DNA from: a virus
Lineage: Duplodnaviria > Caudoviricetes
DNA length: 37,868 bases
Reading direction: 5' to 3' (one strand)
IMG/VR virus record: IMGVR_UViG_3300031951_000518
Span: 1 to 37,868 of that record
The translations under genes were made by a program, and so were the position numbers. Shown here in pieces: positions 6,953-13,824 of this stretch (the first letter of the stretch is position 1; every line of letters starts with the position of its first letter). The notes below the pieces were generated by a model. It had not been told where the DNA came from. It worked only from the letters and a program-made list of their open reading frames with translations, and ran no database searches.

Positions 6953-7282
6953 TTACAAGCCAATTGCGCGGCGGATTTCATCTCTAACGCTCAATTCGTA
7001 GTCATGCGACACAGCCATTCTCGGTGACATGCTGGAGCCGCTCATGTAGGCGCGCAAGTCTGCTTTGGTCCGCTCAAGTTCCGCGTCATTCATCAGGGCA
7101 AATCTGAGCGCAGACTGAGCGCATGAACAAGCCGAGCGGCCCCACGTCTTGCTTCCGTGGTCGCGGTTGTGGTGATTGTGTCCACATTTCCAGACCACCT
7201 TGCCGGACATTTTGATGGCCCCGTGCCACAGGCCGCTTTGTCCCGCATATGTCGCTCGTACCGACTTCATGGTCTCGCCCAT
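6953..7282 (-). CDS. Hypothetical protein (109 aa)
   Basis: Start re-called to the ATG of the junction repeat; C.H.H.N motif and Cys cluster. Confidence 0.75.
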   Translation of the reverse strand: MGETMKSVRATYAGQSGLWHGAIKMSGKVVWKCGHNHHNRDHGSKTWGRSACSCAQSALRFALMNDAELERTKADLRAYMSGSSMSPRMAVSHDYELSVRDEIRRAIGL

Positions 7283-7298
7283 GGTCCCGGCCTTTCCG

Positions 7299-7571
7299 TT
7301 ACGTTGCACGCGCCGCGTCAAGCAGAGCCGCAAGCGTGCCGCCCACTGCCGCTTGCGAACGGCGCACCTGATCTGTCAAGTCTCTAGCGTGGCCGGCTCT
7401 GATTTCCTCGCTTGCCGTCTTGAGAGACGCCGCGATCTCGAACATCTCCAACGCCAAATCGCTCATGCCTACCCGTTCCAACGCCGTTGCAATCGAACGG
7501 ATCGAATAGGCACAGTTCGAAACGGTGACAACGCCGTCGTGAATTGCATCCATAGGAGTCTTGTCGGTCAT
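7299..7571 (-). CDS. Hypothetical helical protein (90 aa)
   Basis: Starts at junction-repeat ATG. Confidence 0.75.
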   Translation of the reverse strand: MTDKTPMDAIHDGVVTVSNCAYSIRSIATALERVGMSDLALEMFEIAASLKTASEEIRAGHARDLTDQVRRSQAAVGGTLAALLDAARAT

Positions 7572-7585
7572 GGTCCTGGCCTTTC

Positions 7586-7855
7586 CTATACAGGCTTCAC
7601 GTTCTTCACGGTGACGGTCACGGGGCCGTCACGGAATCTGCCGCCAACGCCCTCAATAGTGCCGATCGCCGACTTGCGCTCGGCCGGCGAGATGTTCCTG
7701 TACTTGGCGACATCGCAATCCCCGTAATAGATCAGCGTCGGCGCTCCGCGTTGCATTGAGCCGACTGAATATCCCTGCTCTTGGCACCACGCCTCCGCTG
7801 CCCGGTAGGCGCTGAACGAGTCGCCGTCGATATGCGGGAAAGTCTTTTTCAGCAT
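7586..7855 (-). CDS. Hypothetical phage protein (89 aa)
   Basis: Starts at junction-repeat ATG. Confidence 0.75.
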   Translation of the reverse strand: MLKKTFPHIDGDSFSAYRAAEAWCQEQGYSVGSMQRGAPTLIYYGDCDVAKYRNISPAERKSAIGTIEGVGGRFRDGPVTVTVKNVKPV

Positions 7856-7875
7856 TGTCCTGGCCTTTCCTGTGG

Positions 7876-8085
7876 TTATCGCTTCGGGGTCGGGCGATCC
7901 CCGTCGCCGCTCAGAAGGTTCATGCGGTCCATCCAGTATTGCGACTTGGCGAACAGCTTCTCCGCCTTCTCCATCCGACCGGACTCGGACGCCTCGTTGG
8001 CGTCGGCAAGATAGCGGCTGGCGCGCTGTTCGGCATCGATTGCGCGTTCCTGAACCGTCTTTTTTGTCGCTACCCGCATGGCCAC
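7876..8085 (-). CDS. Hypothetical protein (69 aa)
   Basis: AAGGGAG SD; first gene after the leftward promoter. Confidence 0.7.
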   Translation of the reverse strand: MAMRVATKKTVQERAIDAEQRASRYLADANEASESGRMEKAEKLFAKSQYWMDRMNLLSGDGDRPTPKR

Positions 8086-8099
8086 GTCTCCCTTGCTCG

Positions 8100-8161
8100 A
8101 TGTGGATAGATATAAATTAACCGTTGACGTAATGCAAGTGTTAAGTTAACGATATCCACAT
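8100..8161. promoter_or_regulatory. AT-rich divergent promoter region with flanking inverted repeat
   Basis: Minus TTGCAT (8137-8132) - 17 bp - TATATC (8114-8109); plus TTGACG at 8124; ATGTGGATA (8100-8108) / TATCCACAT (8153-8161) inverted repeat; three TTAA motifs. Confidence 0.65.
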
Positions 8162-8369
8162 GAAACGATTCACCGACGAAGACATCCGGCTAGAGGTCGC
8201 GGCCTTGGCCGTTGAGATCGGGACGCGCCAGCTTGCAAAGAGGCTTGGCGTGTCGCCCGCGTTTGTGTCGTTGGTAACAATGGGCAAGGCAAAGCCTGGG
8301 CCTACGGTGGCCGCTGCGCTTGGCTACGTGGACGATGGCAAGCGTTGGATCAAGGATCGGGGGCGCTGA
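8160..8369 (+). CDS. Small XRE/Cro-type HTH regulator (probably leaderless)
   Basis: G.RQLAKRLGVSPAFVS.V..GK..PG..V..ALG helix-turn-helix; no SD. Confidence 0.8.
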   Translation: MKRFTDEDIRLEVAALAVEIGTRQLAKRLGVSPAFVSLVTMGKAKPGPTVAAALGYVDDGKRWIKDRGR

Positions 8370-8878
8370 TGTACGTCTACATCATGGTCCGAAGCGACGG
8401 TTGGCATAAGATCGGGCTATCTGCCGATCCTCAACGGCGAACAAAGCAACTGGCCGAAAATGGCGAATGTCCGCGCGTCGTTCGGACGTTTCGAATTGGC
8501 CGATATGCACCAACAATTGAGAATGTGGCGCACTTTGAAATGGGTCGCCTCGGGGTAGCAAAGCGGCAGGGCGAGTGGTTCGAGAGTGACGCGAATACGT
8601 GCGCCAAGGCCATTGTATCGGCCAAGCGAAAAATGGCAAAATACGGCGGCTATGACGGGCTTCGGAAACACGTCCAGAAGCTCAAGGCACGAGTTCCGCC
8701 GCGTGAGCCTGGGGAGCCCTCTGACGGGCAATTGTTCATGTGGGAACGACAGTGGTTCAGCCCCGAGTTCTCGACCGATGAAAGTGCAGCGCGGCGAACA
8801 GGCTTTACTGCCGAGATGTGCCGCAGGCGTTGGGGTTCCAGTGGCCGGCCGTGGCCTAAGCGGCGAAGGAAATCGTAG
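8369..8878 (+). CDS. GIY-YIG (T5orf172-like) nuclease-domain protein
   Basis: YVYIM.....HKIG.S.DP.RR..QL ... E...H ... GEWF; TGATG-coupled start at 8369. Confidence 0.8.
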   Translation: MYVYIMVRSDGWHKIGLSADPQRRTKQLAENGECPRVVRTFRIGRYAPTIENVAHFEMGRLGVAKRQGEWFESDANTCAKAIVSAKRKMAKYGGYDGLRKHVQKLKARVPPREPGEPSDGQLFMWERQWFSPEFSTDESAARRTGFTAEMCRRRWGSSGRPWPKRRRKS

Positions 8879-8887
8879 GAGGGGCAC

Positions 8888-9130
8888 GTGTCGAAGCCCG
8901 ATCACCTTGCCGACATGGTTAAGGCTGTTGCCCAGCTCCGCGATGTGTTGGCGAACATGGGCCACGGCCACCGCGTCCTATCTATTGAAATAGATGACGA
9001 CGCAGACGGGCACTCGTTTGATGCGTGCATACGGTCGTCACCGTCATATGTGCACATGATTGAAGAAGAATACGGGCGGCCATCGGACCGTCCCTGCGGC
9101 GGTGTGAAAATCAAGGTAAAGAAAAGATAG
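8888..9130 (+). CDS. Hypothetical protein
   Basis: TAGGAGG SD; 80 aa. Confidence 0.7.
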   Translation: MSKPDHLADMVKAVAQLRDVLANMGHGHRVLSIEIDDDADGHSFDACIRSSPSYVHMIEEEYGRPSDRPCGGVKIKVKKR

Positions 9131-9139
9131 GAGAGGACG

Positions 9140-9331
9140 ATGGAACCACGTCACCCAATAATTCGGGTCGGTCGCTATGAGGTTTGCGACATGACGCTGA
9201 TGCCCGAAGATCCACGGTTCAGCCTGCTCGACACGATCGAGCAATGCTACGTGCCGGGCTATTGGCCATCAAAGATCGAAGCCGAAGCGGCGGCGCGCGC
9301 GATGGTCGCCGACGACAAGACTGTTCGATAA
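9140..9331 (+). CDS. Hypothetical protein
   Basis: TAGGAGAGG SD; 63 aa. Confidence 0.7.
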   Translation: MEPRHPIIRVGRYEVCDMTLMPEDPRFSLLDTIEQCYVPGYWPSKIEAEAAARAMVADDKTVR

Positions 9332-9338
9332 GGGAGAC

Positions 9339-9584
9339 GTGACTGTGACACGTGTTGACCGGGAGACGGGCAACTGCTGGGAGTGTCAGGGCGGGCTAAC
9401 TTGCATGCACTGCCACCCGGAGGACAATCCGAAACAGACACGGCGCATCTCAGAGCTTGAGGCGGCGCTACGCTCTATCGCAGACATGCACACCGATGCT
9501 GATGCGGCTGTTCCCTATAGTTGGGGGCAGACGTATTTCATGCGCGCGCACAAGATCGCCGTAGATGCGTTGAGCAACAAATAA
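9339..9584 (+). CDS. Hypothetical protein with CxxC...CxxC
   Basis: TAAGGGAG SD; CWEC and CMHC motifs. Confidence 0.65.
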   Translation: MTVTRVDRETGNCWECQGGLTCMHCHPEDNPKQTRRISELEAALRSIADMHTDADAAVPYSWGQTYFMRAHKIAVDALSNK

Positions 9585-9594
9585 GGAGGCAACT

Positions 9595-9873
9595 GTGATC
9601 GACAACTGCATAGGTTTATACGATAGCGACACGGGCGAAAGCCTGAAAATCGAAAAGACGCTGGATCTTGGCGCCGACGTTGATGGCGAGCCGTTGAGTG
9701 TTGTCTACACGACGGCAAAGCGCGGGCGCATCGCGCAAGTGCGCAGCGGGTCTCTGCGGTGCCACTACTTTGTGGCGGAGTCGTTTATAGCCGAGGACGT
9801 TGACCGCCTCGGTAGATGGCTGCGCATGAACGGCAAGGACGCAGTAAAGCTCATTCGCGACAACGCCAGCTAA
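9595..9873 (+). CDS. Hypothetical protein
   Basis: TAAGGAGG SD; 92 aa. Confidence 0.7.
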   Translation: MIDNCIGLYDSDTGESLKIEKTLDLGADVDGEPLSVVYTTAKRGRIAQVRSGSLRCHYFVAESFIAEDVDRLGRWLRMNGKDAVKLIRDNAS

Positions 9874-9879
9874 GGAGGC

Positions 9880-10161
9880 GTGGCTATGGACAATTCACCG
9901 ACAGAACTGGACCTGCTGCGCCGCGTGGCGTCGGCAGCTCGTTGGGCCATTGACAGCAACCGGGATGACGCTGTCGGACGCGATGGCCGCGCCCGCGTCG
10001 GGTTGAACTGGATTAAAGCGAACGGCGCGCTGAATGCGGCGTTGAAGGAGTTGGCGGCCCACTACGCAGTGCCGGCGTTGCATGACGCAGAAAGAGAAGA
10101 GGCCGCCACCATCCAGTGCCAAAACGGCCGGCGGTTCACGATTGGAAAGCGCACAACGTAG
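9880..10161 (+). CDS. Hypothetical protein
   Basis: TAAGGAGG SD; start GTG 9880 or ATG 9886. Confidence 0.7.
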   Translation: MAMDNSPTELDLLRRVASAARWAIDSNRDDAVGRDGRARVGLNWIKANGALNAALKELAAHYAVPALHDAEREEAATIQCQNGRRFTIGKRTT

Positions 10162-10170
10162 GAGGCGACG

Positions 10171-10911
10171 ATGAGGACGGTATGCTGGTTCAGTTCTGGC
10201 GCGGCATCCGCCGTCGCGACAAAGCTCGCGCTGCGTGACGATCCGCATGCCGTCGTCGCCTATTGCGAAACGGGCGCCGAGCATCCCGACAACGAGCGGT
10301 TCATCGCCGATTGTGAAGCGTGGTTCGGGCGCCCCGTCGAGCGGCTGCGGTCGGAGCGCTACGCCAGCACTTGGGACGTATTCGAGCGGCGCCGCTATCT
10401 GGCCGGCATCGACGGCGCTCTATGCACCGTCGAGCTAAAGGTGATGCCGCGCCTCGCGTGGCAACAGCCGCATGATGTGCATGTGTTCGGATACACCGCC
10501 GACGCTGCTGACGTGACACGGGCGAGCCGCCTGCGCGAAACATATTTCGAGATGCAGATTAGGACGCCGCTCATTGATCGAGGTCTAACTAAAGCCGCCG
10601 TCATCGACATGATCGACCGGGCCGGCATCCGGCCGCCGCCAATGTATGCGCTCGGGTTTCAGAATAACAACTGCATCCCGTGCGTGAAGGCCACCAGCCC
10701 GAATTATTGGGCATTGGTGCGCCGCGAGTTCCCGGCCGAGTTCGACCGCATGGCGAAGCTGGCGCGCGAGTTGGACGTGCGCCTCTGCCGGATCAATGAC
10801 GAACGGCGATTCATTGACGAAATTCCAATCGACTGGCCGGTGGTCGAGGCAATCGCACCTGCGTGCGATTTCCTCTGCCATATCGCAGAGCAAGACCTAG
10901 TGACGGCGTAA
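10171..10911 (+). CDS. PAPS-reductase-like / adenine nucleotide alpha-hydrolase family protein
   Basis: PP-loop-like WFSSGAASA, EHPDN.RF, and Y.LGF.NNNCIPCVK Cys cluster. Confidence 0.8.
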   Translation: MRTVCWFSSGAASAVATKLALRDDPHAVVAYCETGAEHPDNERFIADCEAWFGRPVERLRSERYASTWDVFERRRYLAGIDGALCTVELKVMPRLAWQQPHDVHVFGYTADAADVTRASRLRETYFEMQIRTPLIDRGLTKAAVIDMIDRAGIRPPPMYALGFQNNNCIPCVKATSPNYWALVRREFPAEFDRMAKLARELDVRLCRINDERRFIDEIPIDWPVVEAIAPACDFLCHIAEQDLVTA

Positions 10912-10922
10912 ACCCATGGAGG

Positions 10923-11009
10923 CTACATCCTCCAGACAATCTGAAATGCCATTGCGGCTAGGATGATGGCAACGGCAATGGTAACATGGAACAAAAAACG
11001 CCGCCTCAT
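10923..11009 (-). CDS. Small membrane peptide (28 aa)
   Basis: MRRRFLFHVTIAVAIILAAMAFQIVWRM*; ATG overlaps TGA of the upstream gene. Confidence 0.45.
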   Translation of the reverse strand: MRRRFLFHVTIAVAIILAAMAFQIVWRM

Positions 11010-11224
11010 CGCGTCAGCTTCAGGATGGTCGCCGCCTTCTCCACGATCTCCGCCGACTTCCCAACTGCGAGCATGGCCGTCGCGTAGATAAGGCCCTGGA
11101 CGGCGCGCTCTAGATAGGAAATCTTTCCCTTGTGACTGTCGGTCACGACTTCCACCTTGGTTAGCCGGTTCTCCAACTCGTTCGAGTGTGATTGCCTTTG
11201 CAATCCGCCGAATCTGTGACTCAT
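11006..11224 (-). CDS. Small coiled-coil + hydrophobic protein (holin/XhlA-like candidate)
   Basis: ELENRLTKVE...LERAV followed by a hydrophobic stretch; at end of lysis cassette. Confidence 0.5.
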   Translation of the reverse strand: MSHRFGGLQRQSHSNELENRLTKVEVVTDSHKGKISYLERAVQGLIYATAMLAVGKSAEIVEKAATILKLTR

Positions 11225-11464
11225 TCATGGGGTCGCCTTCGCGATCTTGACCGGCGGCTTAGATCCGCACCAAGTCTGATTCGCGGCGTTGTTCCCGGCG
11301 ATCTGCTTCGCTGTGTCGTCGGTCAGCACGTCCTTGCGGCTTGGCAAGATCGGTTGCCACTGCTCACAGATTTGCGCCGCATTCCCTTTAATCACGGAGC
11401 CACTGCCGCACGCTGTCATGAGGAGCGCGCTCAGCGTCACGGCGAGCGGTACGAGCTTTTTCAT
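11225..11464 (-). CDS. Outer-membrane spanin (Rz1-like lipoprotein)
   Basis: Start re-called to ATG 11464: MKKLVPLAVTLSALLMTA|C lipobox; overlaps i-spanin in another frame. Confidence 0.8.
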   Translation of the reverse strand: MKKLVPLAVTLSALLMTACGSGSVIKGNAAQICEQWQPILPSRKDVLTDDTAKQIAGNNAANQTWCGSKPPVKIAKATP

Positions 11465-11621
11465 TGACCTTAGTTCCCTGTTCGATGACGCTCGCACGCT
11501 CAGCTTGCACGGCTTTGTGTTCGACTCTTTTGGTCCACGCGAAGAACGCCACAAGGATGCCGGCCCCGAGTGCGAGATGCGTCCCGAAGCGGGCAAGGAT
11601 GCTGGTCAGGATCATTGTCAT
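11388..11621 (-). CDS. Inner-membrane spanin (Rz-like)
   Basis: N-terminal TM helix then charged helical domain; 3' overlap with the lipoprotein gene. Confidence 0.75.
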   Translation of the reverse strand: MTMILTSILARFGTHLALGAGILVAFFAWTKRVEHKAVQAERASVIEQGTKVNEKARTARRDAERAPHDSVRQWLRD

Positions 11622-13093
11622 AGCGGCGGCTCCTGTTGCTCGAGCATGGATGCGCCAGCGGCAGCAGCAGGCGGGAGCAGGCCATACTTGCGGAGGATCT
11701 GGATTAAAGAGTCGTCAAACACAACGTAGTTGCTGGTCCCGCCGTCAGCGCCACGGCTCATGGCGTCCTTGTAGCGAATGCCGGGGATACCAGCTTCGCG
11801 GAGTGCCGCCGTTTCTTCCGGCGTTCTCGGGATGTAGCGGCGTGGTGCTTGCGGAAAGCGACCCTGCGCCCTAGCCTTCGCAAGAGCATCATTCACAAAC
11901 GCGGATTGTTCGTTGTGCTGTAGATCCCAATCCAGAAACCTTTCAGGATCGGCGTTTATGGAGACCTCGTACATGCGGCCGGGAAGTTCCACAGGCTTGC
12001 CCCGGAGCCCCTGAAGCTCTGCCATGTCCCGGTCAATGGTTTGCATCATCCGCGTGTCGCGCCAGCCTTCCGCTGTTTTGCGAGCTTCGGCCAAATCAGC
12101 AAGTGCGCGCTCAACGTCGTATTCGTTGCGCTTCAAAATAACAGTTGCGTTATCCGATGGCGTGACGCCGCCGTACTTGACATCCTGGCGCTTTCCTAAC
12201 GCCATGCGGTAGTTGTTAGCGACGCCTTCGCTTTCCGCAAAATAGAGCCCGTGCCCGTAAGCCTGCGCCTTTTCTCCCGTGTTGATAAAGCGACTATCGA
12301 ACCGATCAAAATCGGCCGGGCTTCCGTGATAAGCGCGGATGCCTTGAGGCTTGGGAGCCGCCTTTGATATTGCATCAAGTAGCGGGAAATCCGTTTGTGT
12401 TGTGCCATCAAGATCAATGAGCCGAACGGGTGCCGTTTGCCTGCCTTCCGCTGCTGCTTTGGTCAAGCGGTGGTGCCCGTCCTGAACAAAATACTGCCCG
12501 TCTTTTTTCATGACCATAGGCGGCAACTGTGGCTCGCCACTGTGGACGGGGTTCATGAAGTCGGGGTTTACCTTTGACTGCGTTGCGGTCATTGACCGGA
12601 TCGGCAGTTCCACGTCCAACCAAGATTGATTGTCCACGGCGTTGTTATACGCCTTCCATTCGCCCTTCTGCATAAGACCGTGAGGCTTGCCGACGCTCTT
12701 AAAAACCCATCCGGTTTGCGTCAAATCAGGCGGCGCAAATGTTGGGCGCGGCAGCTTCACGCCCGGTGCGAGGAAGTTGGCCAGCAACCCCAGCCCGCCG
12801 ATGCCCTCTTGCACGGTCGGCGGCAGGTTGTCCAAGGCGGTTGGCTCGGGCGGTACAGGCCGCCCATCGATCGGAGAAACGCGCGTGACTTCACCAATGC
12901 CGCTCGGGGCTCGGTTTGTGTAGCGCTGCAAAGCCTGCACGAGCGGATTGCGATTGATCGCGGTCACATCCGACCCGCGTAACAGCTCCTCCCAGCGTGG
13001 CGCTGTGCTCGCGCGGATCTCGCCCGGCCGGTTCAAATCTTGCGGGCCGGGCATTCCGTAGGTATTGCGCCATGGATCATATGGCGAAGCCAT
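11618..13093 (-). CDS. Polyvalent-type protein: ParB/Srx N-domain + ADP-ribosyltransferase-like domain
   Basis: ATQ..V...PPMV.K..G.YFVQDGHHR (ParB-N, ~12400-12620); AYHGS...FD.F...G.GLYFAE ... MYEV.I ... GI.Y....NYVVFD (ART-PolyVal-like, ~11700-12340). Confidence 0.7.
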   Translation of the reverse strand: MASPYDPWRNTYGMPGPQDLNRPGEIRASTAPRWEELLRGSDVTAINRNPLVQALQRYTNRAPSGIGEVTRVSPIDGRPVPPEPTALDNLPPTVQEGIGGLGLLANFLAPGVKLPRPTFAPPDLTQTGWVFKSVGKPHGLMQKGEWKAYNNAVDNQSWLDVELPIRSMTATQSKVNPDFMNPVHSGEPQLPPMVMKKDGQYFVQDGHHRLTKAAAEGRQTAPVRLIDLDGTTQTDFPLLDAISKAAPKPQGIRAYHGSPADFDRFDSRFINTGEKAQAYGHGLYFAESEGVANNYRMALGKRQDVKYGGVTPSDNATVILKRNEYDVERALADLAEARKTAEGWRDTRMMQTIDRDMAELQGLRGKPVELPGRMYEVSINADPERFLDWDLQHNEQSAFVNDALAKARAQGRFPQAPRRYIPRTPEETAALREAGIPGIRYKDAMSRGADGGTSNYVVFDDSLIQILRKYGLLPPAAAAGASMLEQQEPPL

Positions 13094-13824
13094 CAGGCGC
13101 CCCCCTGCGTCGAAGACTTGAACCGATCATCCACGTAAGCCGACACAATCTTGATGCCGGTTGCAACGCCGATGCCGAGCGAGATCGCGCGCACGTTGCC
13201 GCCCATTTCAAGCATGGCCGTCTTAACGGGATTGAGCGCGGTCAACGCCGCAACCCAATCGAGAGCCAGCTGGCACGACTTATCGAAAAAGCCCGCCGTT
13301 GCAGCCGCGCCACCCGCCACCGTGTTTCTGACCGTGCGAGACTTGACCAAAGGCTTGACTTCTACCGTTGCAACCACGGGCACCTTGGCCGGCACGTCAG
13401 CGCCAGCCGGCCAGCGATAGCCTAATAGATCGCGCTTGGGGTAACTGGTGATCGATACCGCATCGCCCTGATTGCCGCCCAAACACAACACGCGGTCGCC
13501 GCGATCTTCCAAAAACAGCGTTACATGCCCGGATTTCTCATCCGCGCCGCGTCGGAACACAGCCACCGCGCCGGGCTTAGGATCTTGCAGCGGCACACCC
13601 CAATCGAGCCACGCACGCGCGCGAGCGGCTTCCGGGGGCACCGTGTAGCCAGCGCCTGCCACCCAGGCGGCCATTGCAGCCCCGCACCATGGGACGCTAT
13701 CGTCCTTGGCCCAGTTGGCGTTGGCCGCTTTGTAGTAGTCCATAATGCGGGGATTGCTTTTAGGCCCTGCGATCTCGTCAATCCCGAGATCGGTCCTTGC
13801 GATTTCCAGCCATTTAGGCTCCAT
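13093..13824 (-). CDS. Endolysin, TIGR02594 (NlpC/P60-CHAP-like) with hydrophobic C-terminal tail
   Basis: W.EIA...LG..EI.G...NPRI, DD.VPWC, GHV, LGGNQ.D.V, LLGYRWP. Confidence 0.88.
   Translation of the reverse strand: MEPKWLEIARTDLGIDEIAGPKSNPRIMDYYKAANANWAKDDSVPWCGAAMAAWVAGAGYTVPPEAARARAWLDWGVPLQDPKPGAVAVFRRGADEKSGHVTLFLEDRGDRVLCLGGNQGDAVSITSYPKRDLLGYRWPAGADVPAKVPVVATVEVKPLVKSRTVRNTVAGGAAATAGFFDKSCQLALDWVAALTALNPVKTAMLEMGGNVRAISLGIGVATGIKIVSAYVDDRFKSSTQGGA

Larger units (their letters stand above)
6943..7870 (-). repeat. Four dispersed GGAAAGGCC junction repeats
   Basis: Plus-strand GGCCTTTCC at 6943, 7289, 7578, 7862; three extend to GGAAAGGCCRGGACMATG (minus strand) ending in the start codon. 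Confidence 0.85.

Noticed and set aside
6943-7870. CRISPR array or integron attC interpretation of the junction repeats
   Set aside because: Repeats are only 9-18 bp, non-palindromic and separated by whole ORFs; no cas or integron integrase; no attC-type hairpins
8115-8150. Full CtrA box (TTAA-N7-TTAA)
   Set aside because: TTAA motifs are present but none are at the N7 spacing; half-sites at most
11618-13093. Canonical ParB partition protein acting on the parS site
   Set aside because: Only the N-terminal ParB/Srx domain is present; no HTH or dimerisation domain and no parA in the window
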